In this document: positions 19,300-27,214 of the stretch, piece after piece
How the letters are laid out: every line of letters starts with the position of its first letter
Position numbering within the stretch: position 1 is the stretch's first letter
Assembly: GCA_964422735.1 (NCBI GenBank)
Contig: CAYRCD010000033.1
Span: 1-30,218, forward strand
Reading direction: 5' to 3'
DNA from: an uncultured Dehalococcoidia bacterium
GTDB lineage: Bacteria; Chloroflexota; Dehalococcoidia; DSTF01; WHTK01
DNA: 30,218 bases
Program-made: the position numbers and the translations under genes
The notes under the pieces: model-generated
What the model was told of the DNA's origin: nothing
Database searches by the model: none
What the model saw: the letters and a program-made list of their open reading frames with translations, nothing else

Positions 19300-19968
19300 A
19301 TGGCGGTCAGCGACCGGCCGCGCGAGCGCCTGCGGGACATAGGCGCGGAGAACCTGAGTCAGGCCGAGCTGCTGGCGATCGTTCTGCGCACGGGCTGGGC
19401 GAAGCAAAGCGCGCTGAGCCTGGCCCAGTCGCTACTCTCCAAATACGGCGGCCTCGCCGGCCTCGCCCGTCTGTCCTTCGCCGAGCTGGTGAAGGAAGCG
19501 GGCATAGGCGAAGCCAAGGCGGCGGAGTTGAAGGCCGTGTTCCGCCTCGCCGCTCTGATCCGCGACCTTCGGCCGGAGGACCGCGCCTACGTGCGCTCTC
19601 CGGCCGACGTGATGGACCTGGTGGGCCACGAAATGGCGGTCCTGGAGCAGGAGCAGCTGCGCGTGATTCTCGTCAATACCCGGAACCAGGTGATGGGGAT
19701 GAGCGAGCTGTACCGCGGCAACGTGAGCCAGGCCATCGTGCGCCAGGCCGAGCTTTTTCGCGACGCGGTCCGCCAGAACGCGCCCTCGGTCGTGCTCGTC
19801 CACAACCATCCTTCCGGCGACCCGTCGCCGTCGCCGGACGACGTTGCTTTTACCCAGGAGGCCGTGAAGGTCGGCGCCCTGCTCAAGATCGACGTGCTCG
19901 ATCACATCATCATCGGCGACCGCAACGTCTACAGCATGAAGCTGAACGGCAAGGGCTTTGGCGCCTGA
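19300..19968 (+). CDS. radC: RadC-family JAB/MPN domain protein
   Basis: N-terminal HhH-like 'RPRERLRDIGAENLSQAELLAIVLRTG', JAMM motif 'HNHPSGDPSPS'. ATG at 19300. Confidence 0.85.
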   Translation: MAVSDRPRERLRDIGAENLSQAELLAIVLRTGWAKQSALSLAQSLLSKYGGLAGLARLSFAELVKEAGIGEAKAAELKAVFRLAALIRDLRPEDRAYVRSPADVMDLVGHEMAVLEQEQLRVILVNTRNQVMGMSELYRGNVSQAIVRQAELFRDAVRQNAPSVVLVHNHPSGDPSPSPDDVAFTQEAVKVGALLKIDVLDHIIIGDRNVYSMKLNGKGFGA

Positions 19969-20764
19969 GCTCAGGCTGGTCGCCCTCGACCTCGACGGCA
20001 CGCTCCTTAACCGACAAAACCGGGTCTCTGAACGGGACGCCGCGGCGGTGTCGGAAGCCGTCGCGGCGGGCGTCACGGTCGTGCTCGCGACCTCGCGCTG
20101 GCACCAGGCGGCGCGACGCACGGCGCTGGCCCTGGGGATCGACGGCTTCATCATCAGCCACAACGGCGCGCTCGTGCGCTCGGTCGACGGCGGGCGCGAG
20201 GTCCTCCACCTGCGCATCGAGGAGGCCCTCGGCCGGGAGATAGCCGCCCATCTCGACTCCGTCGAGGGCGACGGCTACGTGACCGTGGACGACCGGACGT
20301 TCGTGAGGTCGCGCCGCGTGCGCGATCCGGCCCGCCTGGGCGCCGAAATGGCGATCTCCACCAGCCTCGCCGCGAGCCTCTTTGCCGCTCCCACCGCTTT
20401 TCTGGTCTTCGGCAAGGAATCCGTACGCAGCACGGTCGAGCGCTTCCGGTCTCACCACGGCAGCGCCCTGAATCTCGCCGAGGGCTTCAGTGAGTCCTTC
20501 CCCGATTACCTGAACGTCGTCCACGCCGGGGCGGACAAGGGCGCGGCGCTGGCCGCGGTCTGCGACGCCCTCGACATTCCCCTCAGGGCAGCGCTGGCGA
20601 TCGGCGACGCGGCGCCGGATATTGCCATGATCCGCGTCGCCGGCATCGGCCTGGCGATGGGCAACGCGGCGCCGGCCGTGAAGGCGGCGGCGGCCGCGGT
20701 CGCGCCCACGAACGACGACGACGGTGTCGCCTGGGCGATCCGGAAGTATGTGTTGGGAGAGTGA
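19958..20764 (+). CDS. Cof-type HAD-IIB family hydrolase (sugar-phosphatase-like)
   Basis: 'LVALDLDGTLL' motif I, 'VLATSR' motif II, and a C-terminal 'GDAAPDIAMIRVAGIGLAMGNA' (GDxxNDxxM-like). TTG start overlaps the radC end by 11 nt. Confidence 0.8.
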   Translation: MAPELRLVALDLDGTLLNRQNRVSERDAAAVSEAVAAGVTVVLATSRWHQAARRTALALGIDGFIISHNGALVRSVDGGREVLHLRIEEALGREIAAHLDSVEGDGYVTVDDRTFVRSRRVRDPARLGAEMAISTSLAASLFAAPTAFLVFGKESVRSTVERFRSHHGSALNLAEGFSESFPDYLNVVHAGADKGAALAAVCDALDIPLRAALAIGDAAPDIAMIRVAGIGLAMGNAAPAVKAAAAAVAPTNDDDGVAWAIRKYVLGE

Positions 20765-20900
20765 TCCAGCGTCATCGCGAAGCCAGCCGGATGACGTCGG
20801 GGTCAGATTCTTCGGCTACGCCTCAGAATGACAAGAGTGAGGCCTCAGAATGACCAGCCTCAGCGAAGGTGACGGTGCAGGCGGCCTCCAGGCCCACGGG

Positions 20901-21443
20901 TCAGACGAGGACGGCCTGCCGCCGGCCGGCGGCAGGCGGCTGAAGGGGCCCGCCTACGGAGATCTGACCGCCGCCCTCATGGGCGAGGAGCCAGCGTTTG
21001 AGGTCGAGGCCGCCGCCGAAGCCGTGCAGGCCGCGGTCGCTGCCGACGACGCGGTGGCAGGGGACGACGATGGCGACGGGGTTGGCGCCGCAGGCGGTCC
21101 CGGCCGCTCGGTAGGCCCGCGGGTTGCCCGCGGCCGCGGCCACGCCAGCATAAGAGGTGGTCTCACCGAAAGGGGTGGCGGCGATCGCCCGCCAGACGCG
21201 CTTCTGGAAGTCGCTGCCGTCGACGTCGAGAGGCAGGTCGAACTCGGTACGGCTGCCGGCGAAGTACTCGTCGAGCTGGCGCGCGGCCTTCGCGATCACG
21301 GCCTCCGCCTGCGGGTCGGCCGCGGCGGTGGGCAAGACCTCCTCCGGGCGCCCACCGGCGAAGACCAGGCCGGTGAGGCCGCGCGCGGAGGCCGTCAGGA
21401 CGAGCGGCCCGACGGGGGAATCGATGATGGTCCTGGCGGTCAT
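20901..21443 (-). CDS. ogt: methylated-DNA-protein-cysteine S-methyltransferase
   Basis: 'PCHRVV' active-site motif, 'TSYAGVA', 'NPVAIVVPCHRVVGSDR'. ATG at 21443 with AGAGGAG 7 nt upstream. Confidence 0.85.
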   Translation of the reverse strand: MTARTIIDSPVGPLVLTASARGLTGLVFAGGRPEEVLPTAAADPQAEAVIAKAARQLDEYFAGSRTEFDLPLDVDGSDFQKRVWRAIAATPFGETTSYAGVAAAAGNPRAYRAAGTACGANPVAIVVPCHRVVGSDRGLHGFGGGLDLKRWLLAHEGGGQISVGGPLQPPAAGRRQAVLV

Positions 21444-21482
21444 AGCGTAGCTCCTCTTTTGTTCGTCATCGGGGTCCCGAGC

Positions 21483-21488
21483 ATATTA
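21483..21488 (-). promoter_or_regulatory. -10-like TAATAT on the minus strand upstream of ogt
   Basis: The minus-strand TAATAT lies about 45 nt upstream of the ogt ATG in an AT-rich spacer. The spacer also contains short direct repeats (cagattg x2, tacttat x2). Confidence 0.25.
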
Positions 21489-21610
21489 GCACACGCGTTC
21501 GGCCCGGGCCATCATGCGAACCACAGATTGACTCAGATTGGTCTGCCCCATGGCTTGCGCGGCCCGGTCTGACCACTGATCGCTGATTACTTATTACTTA
21601 TTGCTTCTGC

Positions 21611-22435
21611 CTACGTCCCCGTGAAGTGGGCTTCGCGGCGCTCGACGCGCGCCAGCATCGACTCGCGGCCGTCGTTGGGGGAGCGGCGGGCGTAGTCGAT
21701 GCCGCGGACCTCGTTGCGGAGGCCGTTTTCGAAGGTGAGCTGCAGGTTCTGCTGGATGACGCGCTTGGCGCTGCGCACGGCGAGGGGCGGCCAGCGCGTG
21801 ATCAGGTTCGCGACCTTCACGGCCTCTTCGAGCAGCGCTTCGGGCTCGACCAGGCGGTCGAGGAGGCCGAGGCGGTAGGCCTCCTCGGCGTCGACGTCGC
21901 GGCTGGTGAGGATGAGGTCGAAGGCGCGGCTGTAGCCGACGATCTGGGGCAGGAAGATGCTCATGCCGGAGTCGGGCGAGAGGTTGCGCTCCAGGAAGAC
22001 GGAGCGGAAGCGGGCGTTGCGGGAGCCGACGCGCAGGTCGCAGGCCAGGGCGAGGCTCATGCCGGCTCCGGCGGCGACGCCGTTCATGGCGGCGATGGTG
22101 GGCTTGTTGAGGTTATAGACGGTCATTGCCTGGCGCCCGACCCAGCTGAGCTCGTCCAGGCGCTGGTTCTGCGACTGCTGCGGCGGCCCGGCGGGAGCGC
22201 CGTTGCCGCCGGCGACGCGGGCGGCGCCGCCGCTGACGTCGGCGCCGGAGCAGAAGCCGCGGCCGGCGCCGGTGAAGATCAGGGCGCGCACGTCATCGTC
22301 CTCATGCGCCTCGCGGCAGACGTCGAGCACCTCGAGCTGGAGGGTGCGGTTGAGGGCATTCAGGGCTTCGGGCCGGTTCAGGGTCGCGATCGCGACGTGC
22401 TCCTGCTTCTCGTAGATCAGGGCTTCGTAGGCCAT
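21611..22435 (-). CDS. enoyl-CoA hydratase/isomerase (crotonase) family protein
   Basis: 'RPEALNAL', 'FTGAGRGFCSGADV' oxyanion-hole region. ATG at 22435 with AAGGAG 6 nt upstream; the track ORF has 14 extra N-terminal codons. Confidence 0.85.
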   Translation of the reverse strand: MAYEALIYEKQEHVAIATLNRPEALNALNRTLQLEVLDVCREAHEDDDVRALIFTGAGRGFCSGADVSGGAARVAGGNGAPAGPPQQSQNQRLDELSWVGRQAMTVYNLNKPTIAAMNGVAAGAGMSLALACDLRVGSRNARFRSVFLERNLSPDSGMSIFLPQIVGYSRAFDLILTSRDVDAEEAYRLGLLDRLVEPEALLEEAVKVANLITRWPPLAVRSAKRVIQQNLQLTFENGLRNEVRGIDYARRSPNDGRESMLARVERREAHFTGT

Positions 22436-22571
22436 CGGAGGCTCCTTCTGGTGGTGGCTTGCGGGGAACGCGGGCATCGTAGCACGTGGGCCGGGAGCAT
22501 GGGAGCCAGACGTGGAGCGCGGGCGATGGGTATAATTGTCGGACTTTGCCGGAGCGGGTCTTGGTCACGGC

Positions 22572-23066
22572 CTACTCCTTGGGTCGTAGTCCGATCAAGT
22601 GGGCGCCAGCCTCGCCCGTCTCCGGATTCAAAGCCTCGATGCGCGCGACAGCGCAGGCCTCGACTAAGTCCTTGTCGCTTGCGACGACGACCATGGCCGC
22701 GTCCTCTGGCAACGCCGCATTCACGGCGAGTGCTGTAGCAAGCTGAAGAGCGTCGCCGGCACGCAACGCGTATCTGTCCGCGAGGTCGACGGCCGATGCG
22801 ACCAGCTCGTCGTTCACCGGCTGCACGACGATTTGCTGAATATCGGTGAGGAAGCGCGACATCATCAGGCTGTATGCACGCCTTGTGAGCGCGCGACCTT
22901 TCAGCAGTCGGCGAGCAACGCCTATGACTTCAAGAACCGTGTAATAGGAGGTCGTCAGAATCTCGGCTTCGAGGCTACCGTCGAAGAGCGTTGCGACGAC
23001 ATCGCTGCCCGGCTCTGTCTTAAACCTCTTGAGGAACGCCGAGGTGTCCAGGTAGAACACCGTCAA
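22572..23066 (-). CDS. vapC: PIN-domain ribonuclease, VapC-like type II toxin
   Basis: 'FYLDTSAF' N-terminal Asp motif and 'DALQLATAL' PIN acidic motif; 164 aa. The start (TTG 23066 or GTG 23060) lies 3-9 nt after the upstream gene's stop. Confidence 0.75.
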   Translation of the reverse strand: MTVFYLDTSAFLKRFKTEPGSDVVATLFDGSLEAEILTTSYYTVLEVIGVARRLLKGRALTRRAYSLMMSRFLTDIQQIVVQPVNDELVASAVDLADRYALRAGDALQLATALAVNAALPEDAAMVVVASDKDLVEACAVARIEALNPETGEAGAHLIGLRPKE

Positions 23067-23069
23067 CGG

Positions 23070-23291
23070 CTAGGCTTCCCTTTGCCTGAAGAGCTCCTCT
23101 GTCAGAGTACGGTCGCCCAGCTCGCGGTCCAGCAACTCGCGGACCTCTTGCGCGGAGGCCTCGTACTTCGCGAAACGCTTGCGCAGCTTGCCGATGTAGG
23201 TCTTGATGACCTCGCTGCCCGGTCCGTAGATGCTCAGCGCGACTGGTCGCGCAGCCGTCGTGCTTTCTCGTTTGGGTGCGTTCAGGGCCAT
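23070..23291 (-). CDS. putative VapB-like antitoxin (73 aa)
   Basis: Small ORF immediately upstream of the PIN gene with a 3-nt gap, as in TA operons. ATG at 23291 with a perfect TATAAT 9 nt upstream; the 111-aa track extension was not adopted. Confidence 0.5.
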   Translation of the reverse strand: MALNAPKRESTTAARPVALSIYGPGSEVIKTYIGKLRKRFAKYEASAQEVRELLDRELGDRTLTEELFRQREA

Positions 23292-23300
23292 AACGTCATC

Positions 23301-23306
23301 ATTATA
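23301..23306 (-). promoter_or_regulatory. perfect TATAAT -10 box on the minus strand, 9 nt upstream of the antitoxin ATG (leaderless-type promoter)
   Basis: Minus strand reads CGTTACCTATAATGATGACGTTATG. No convincing -35. Confidence 0.4.
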
Positions 23307-23529
23307 GGTAACGAAGGCAAAGCGTGCTTCTGTGACGAGCAAACAGATAGAGAGGTTACCCTGTCGCGGGACAACCGCTGGCCGCCGCAGCGGCCGGCGC
23401 CCCACACAGTGGAAGCCTGAAGGCTTCCGCTACAGCGCGCGCGCCCCGGCGCTCACCCAAGCCTTCCCTCCGCCTCCGCCGCCACGATGCGGAAGACCTC
23501 GGCAAGGCGTCGCGGCCGACTTCGCCTCG

Positions 23530-23700
23530 TTAACCTTGCCCGTGGGCGCCAACTTCCAGAGGAGAGTCCGGCGCGGGCCTGGCACATTGGAGGCAGCGCC
23601 ACTCCCACTGGTGACCTGGCTCGAGGTATGCGTCACGACCACATTGCTGACAGCCGCCCGGCCGAACACTCCGGCGTGGTTGCTTCGTGCTTATTTGCAT
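23530..23700 (-). CDS. small Cys4 zinc-ribbon protein, paralog B (56 aa; possibly C-terminally truncated)
   Basis: I translated it by hand: MQISTKQPRRSVRPGGCQQCGRDAYLEPGHQWEWRCLQCARPAPDSPLEVGAHGQG. It is about 75% nt-identical to the 28473..28685 ORF over the first about 120 nt, and shares a 'tgagaa(a)g(a)agg' RBS context. Below the 60-aa track cutoff. Confidence 0.45.
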   Translation of the reverse strand: MQISTKQPRRSVRPGGCQQCGRDAYLEPGHQWEWRCLQCARPAPDSPLEVGAHGQG

Positions 23701-23816
23701 TTTATCCCTTCTTTCTCAGCGGTCCTTCAACCTAGCGAAGGTCCACGATTGAAACGGTCCCTGCTGAGGAGAGCCCTTGACGGATCATGGGGTGCCGGTC
23801 TTTCAGGAGTTCTGCG

Positions 23817-24113
23817 TCAGCCACCAAACCTGTCGTGAAGGAGGCCGAACACTTCGTCCAGGTCGGCACAGGCGAAGTTGCGGTTGGAGCCGTCGGGAAC
23901 ACGAAGCCCCAATGGGGTCGCGATCGGATCGAAAGAGATTGTGACCCAGTACCCGCCACCGACCTGGGCGACGTGTGCCCACAGTCCCGGTTTCTCGTCG
24001 CCGAGGTCGGAATGTCGCTGAATGGCCAGTGCCTGAGTGAGAGCATCGGGCTTCATCAACGCATCCTCAGCAGCCTGTAGATGCTTTAATGCCATTTCAC
24101 GGTTTGCCATCAT
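23817..24113 (-). CDS. hypothetical protein (98 aa), downstream partner of a zinc-ribbon ORF
   Basis: GC3-biased ORF 55 nt downstream of the 24169..24357 ORF on the same strand. No recognised domain. Confidence 0.45.
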   Translation of the reverse strand: MMANREMALKHLQAAEDALMKPDALTQALAIQRHSDLGDEKPGLWAHVAQVGGGYWVTISFDPIATPLGLRVPDGSNRNFACADLDEVFGLLHDRFGG

Positions 24114-24168
24114 GAAGAAATCTCCTAAAAGCGCTGTGGTGAAGCAGTCGGAGCGAGCGGGCGCGAGG

Positions 24169-24357
24169 TTAGCGGGGCAACCGGTAAGCGTGGAATGCTT
24201 CGGGCCAGTACTTCAAGTAGGCCTTGGCAGCCGCCGGCTCGCGGAATCCGCAGTTGATGCAGACATCGTTTCCTTCTCCTTCGGAATCTTCGAAGAGGAG
24301 AAATCCCGACGGGCATCGAGGACAAGCATGCTTTCGGCTGATTGGTTTAGCGATCAC
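24169..24357 (-). CDS. small Cys4 zinc-ribbon protein (62 aa), C-x2-C-x17-C-x2-C
   Basis: 'CPRCPSGFLLFEDSEGEGNDVCINCGF'. GTG start with GGGAGG upstream. Same architecture as the other two zinc-ribbon ORFs. Confidence 0.45.
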   Translation of the reverse strand: MIAKPISRKHACPRCPSGFLLFEDSEGEGNDVCINCGFREPAAAKAYLKYWPEAFHAYRLPR

Positions 24358-24640
24358 GGCGTACTTGCCTCCCTGGAGTATTGGAAATCACGTTTGATTA
24401 AGCGTCGACGCAACCCCGAGGCGTCGTACCTTACAAATCGATGAGCCCTACGGGTCGATGCCAGCCGGCACTTATGACAGGGCAGGCTCAGCCCGCAACC
24501 CGCAGTCCGAAATTGACATGTCTTCACGGTCCCTGAACTCCTTCAGAACAGGTCGGGGCCGGACCAACCAGTCTCGCCCGACAAACAGGAAATGAAGATG
24601 CAGGCCACTCGTGCAGTGCAGGAGACGGCGCACGGGGAGC

Positions 24641-24910
24641 TCAGGCTCGCAGCCTGCCTCCGCCCGAGAACGAGCGGTAAACAAAGAGCAGTAACATGGC
24701 GCCGAGCACGGCCAGGACGATTGTCCCGAGGTCGAAGTTGTCGACTCCATTACTAATCCCAAGGGCAACGGCCAGGAAGCCACCGACAAAGGCTCCCCCG
24801 ATGCCAAGAAGGATGGTGACAATAATTCCTCCAGGAGCGTTCCCGGGCATGAGCGCCTTGGCTATCATTCCGGCGATAAGGCCCACGACAATCCAGGCGA
24901 TGATGCTCAT
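24641..24910 (-). CDS. GlsB/YeaQ/YmgE family stress-response membrane protein, copy 1
   Basis: 'MSIIAWIVVGLIAGMIAKALMPG...GGIIVTILLGIGGAFVGGFL' is the hallmark of this family. ATG with GAGGAG upstream. Confidence 0.8.
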   Translation of the reverse strand: MSIIAWIVVGLIAGMIAKALMPGNAPGGIIVTILLGIGGAFVGGFLAVALGISNGVDNFDLGTIVLAVLGAMLLLFVYRSFSGGGRLRA

Positions 24911-24985
24911 TAGTTATCTCCTCTGCTCTCGCACGCGCGAGGCGGTTGGTAATGATCAGTCAAGTTGGTCTCTTTTTACTTTCTC
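24650..24985. repeat. direct repeat copy 1 (about 335 bp, gene plus 5' UTR) of the GlsB/YeaQ/YmgE locus
   Basis: About 92-94% nt identity to 26850..27175 by eye, including the identical UTR 'cattagttatctcctctgctctcgcacgcgcgaggcg'. Confidence 0.8.
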
Positions 24986-25035
24986 TGGTGACCTCGATCT
25001 CTACTGTCGAGAGATGGGCGGCCTCCTGGCTCCTC

Positions 25036-25218
25036 TCAAAGGACCTTTCCCGTGACACCGAGACTGCCGGCAAGGCCTGTACCAAGCGCGAGCCCGAATG
25101 CCACAAAGGCAAGACCCGCTGGCAGCAGCTTGATGGGGGTAAAGTTGCCCACCATCGGAAGCGCCTCTACCGCGAACGCCACGGCTGCGATGATGAAACA
25201 GATCTCTGCTAGAGTCAT
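25036..25218 (-). CDS. small membrane protein (60 aa, 2 TM)
   Basis: ATG at 25218 with GAGGAA upstream; entirely hydrophobic or Gly-rich. Confidence 0.5.
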   Translation of the reverse strand: MTLAEICFIIAAVAFAVEALPMVGNFTPIKLLPAGLAFVAFGLALGTGLAGSLGVTGKVL

Positions 25219-25265
25219 TGGTTCCTCAGTTTGTTAGCCCTCGGCCGGCCTCCGGACAGTTTTGG

Positions 25266-25328
25266 CTAGAGGACGTAGACGATGAACAGGACAACAAGAA
25301 TGACTGTGGCCAGTCCGCCAATGCGCAT
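25266..25328 (-). CDS. micro-ORF encoding a 20-aa hydrophobic peptide MRIGGLATVILVVLFIVYVL
   Basis: ATG at 25328 with AAGGAG 9 nt upstream; TAG stop. I translated it by hand. Confidence 0.25.
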   Translation of the reverse strand: MRIGGLATVILVVLFIVYVL

Positions 25329-25577
25329 GCTTCTGGACTCCTTTCGGTTGGTTTCGGCCGGTTTCTGGATCAGCGGGCGGCTACGACGAGTAAGCCTATG
25401 AGCGGGATGACAATCGCCCCTGCCCAATCCGACCAGGTAAACAGCGTTTCTAAGAAGGTCGCTGGTGCACGGTTCAAGCTTAAGCAGTCACATTCTTGAC
25501 CGCGCCTTCGCGCGCGCTATCGGAGATGGTGATCATGTCCTTTGAACCCAGGCGTCCATCTCGTGGCGGCGTCCCGC

Positions 25578-25826
25578 CTACACGGTAGGAGGGGCGACAT
25601 TGGTGGGAGGGGCGACGTAGGTAGAAGGCTGGATGGTGCCGCCGCGGTTGGCGCCCCAGGGCGCGTAGCCGGCAAGCGTGAGGAGTGAGACCGCGAGACC
25701 TATACCGCCGACGACGATGAGGATGGCGCCAATGGTCTGGATGTTCATGCCGGCGACCTGGTAGCTGACCGCGAATGCCAGGATCGCACCGACGGCGATG
25801 AGAATGAGGCTAGTTGCGCTTGTCAT
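25578..25826 (-). CDS. small membrane protein (82 aa), DUF6458-like
   Basis: 'LILIAVGAILAFAV...QTIGAILIVVGGIGL' two-TM pattern with a Pro-rich tail. ATG at 25826 with AGGAGGAA 4 nt upstream. Confidence 0.55.
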   Translation of the reverse strand: MTSATSLILIAVGAILAFAVSYQVAGMNIQTIGAILIVVGGIGLAVSLLTLAGYAPWGANRGGTIQPSTYVAPPTNVAPPTV

Positions 25827-26131
25827 GGAATTCCTCCTGCATAACGTGCGTCATGGAGGCCGACGAGCATTCCGCTGCGAAGGAGGCATCGCCGGCCGTG
25901 GACCGATCTAGTTCAAGTCAATGGCTTTTGTTTCTTTCCGGGACTACTTTCGACTGTCTCTGCCCAGGGGGGCGCCAGCTCTCGTCGACGGCAACCATGC
26001 CCCTCAAGTCCCTTCGTAAGCTCAGGCTAGTCCACAGTGCGTCACGAGAGCGTCACCGCTGGTATGCTCAGTGGGGTCGCGGCGCCTGCTTCGTCGGAGC
26101 TCTGATAATTAGGCGCGCGAGGCCAGGGCGT

Positions 26132-26764
26132 CTAACGCCCGTTCACCCAGGCCAGAACGCCGCCATGGGCCGCGCAAGCGGACCGGGCGTCCCACTTGAA
26201 ACTCACGGCCTGGTCGGCGCAAACGGCTGTTGTGACCTCTGCCGAGACCAGATCGAAGCAGGTCTCGGACCTCGCATACCAGAGGTATCCCGGCGATGCC
26301 GAATTCCCGCGTGAAACAAACAGCGCGGGAGCGATCGGTGTGAAGGTGTCGTCGAGCGACGCCCGATTGCATTCCGTGGAAAGCGCCAGGAACGGCGCCT
26401 CGGCGGCCGGGAAGCAGTTGCTTTGGACCCAGAGGCCCTCTGACGGCGAGCGCAGGTCAGAGTCGCCGATCTCAGCACAGCTGAGGCGATCGGCGAGGGG
26501 TGACGGAAACTGACTCAACTCCACCGCGGCAGCGGCCGCGGGAGGTCTACCTACTTGAAGGCGCCCATATGAATGCGCGATTGCTGCCAGCGCCACCACG
26601 GCGAGCACGACGCATATGAAACCACCCAACCACAACAGATAAGGCTCCTGGCGAGCGCCAGTTAGAGCGCCAAATTGCACGGCGTCGGCCTTTGCCCGTT
26701 CATCCATTGATTCGAGCGGCCGGCCGCGACTTCTCGACAGCTCGACAATCTTCTTCTCAGTCAT
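26132..26764 (-). CDS. membrane-anchored Cys-rich protein (210 aa; short cytoplasmic N-terminus, TM, extracytoplasmic domain)
   Basis: TM 'YLLWLGGFICVVLAVVALAAIA'; 6 Cys in the ectodomain. No SD at the ATG at 26764, so the start is uncertain. Confidence 0.45.
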   Translation of the reverse strand: MTEKKIVELSRSRGRPLESMDERAKADAVQFGALTGARQEPYLLWLGGFICVVLAVVALAAIAHSYGRLQVGRPPAAAAAVELSQFPSPLADRLSCAEIGDSDLRSPSEGLWVQSNCFPAAEAPFLALSTECNRASLDDTFTPIAPALFVSRGNSASPGYLWYARSETCFDLVSAEVTTAVCADQAVSFKWDARSACAAHGGVLAWVNGR

Positions 26765-26840
26765 ACCAACTCTGTTCTAATACTCATGAACGTCGTCGCC
26801 CTCACGCAGCGTGTTCAGGCGACGACAGGGAAGTTCGCTC

Positions 26841-27107
26841 TCAGACTCGGAGGCGGCCTCCTGAGACCGAGCGGTAAACAAAGAGCAGCAACATGGCGCC
26901 GAGCACGGCCAGGACAATTGTCCCGATGTCGAAATTGTCCACTCCGTTACTAATTCCGAGGGCAACGGCCAGGAAGCCGCCGACAAAGGCTCCACCGATG
27001 CCGAGGAGGATGGTGACAATAATTCCTCCAGGAGCGTTCCCGGGCATGAGCGCTTTGGCTATCATTCCGGCGATAAGGCCCACGACAATCCAGGCGATGA
27101 TGCTCAT
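26841..27107 (-). CDS. GlsB/YeaQ/YmgE family stress-response membrane protein, copy 2
   Basis: 88 aa, differing from copy 1 at only a few residues (L/I, FSGGG/VSGG). Confidence 0.8.
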   Translation of the reverse strand: MSIIAWIVVGLIAGMIAKALMPGNAPGGIIVTILLGIGGAFVGGFLAVALGISNGVDNFDIGTIVLAVLGAMLLLFVYRSVSGGRLRV

Positions 27108-27175
27108 TAGTTATCTCCTCTGCTCTCGCACGCGCGAGGCGACTGGCATACCGGAAGTTGGGTTCGTTTACTTCC
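26850..27175. repeat. direct repeat copy 2 of the GlsB/YeaQ/YmgE locus
   Basis: See 24650..24985; the two copies flank a 1.9-kb cassette. Confidence 0.8.
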
Positions 27176-27214
27176 CCAAACGGCTCGCGGCCTCTCCTCG
27201 GGAGAGACGGGGTG

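Noticed and set aside
20819-20855. Possible CRISPR-like repeat
   Set aside because: Only two copies of a 13-mer with no spacer-repeat periodicity, and no cas genes are present.
22531-22536. Plus-strand TATAAT between the enoyl-CoA hydratase and vapC genes
   Set aside because: It would drive transcription antisense to vapC, has no -35 or TG extension, and the plus-strand ORF there (22486..22746) looks like non-protein low-complexity sequence.
23292-23405. 111-aa extended version of the antitoxin ORF
   Set aside because: The extension has no RBS or start context, whereas the internal ATG at 23291 sits 9 nt from a perfect TATAAT. I kept the short form, though the long form cannot be excluded.
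23411-23428. 7-bp/4-nt-loop hairpin ggaagcc-tgaa-ggcttcc as a terminator
   Set aside because: No U-tract on either strand; it is noted only as a structure.
24037-24444. Plus-strand ORFs in the island (24037..24444, 25814..26314, 26196..26513, 27913..28350, 28316..29002)
   Set aside because: They are antisense to better-supported minus-strand genes, lack an RBS, and their translations are low-complexity, Arg/Ser/Pro-rich. These are typical spurious high-GC frames.
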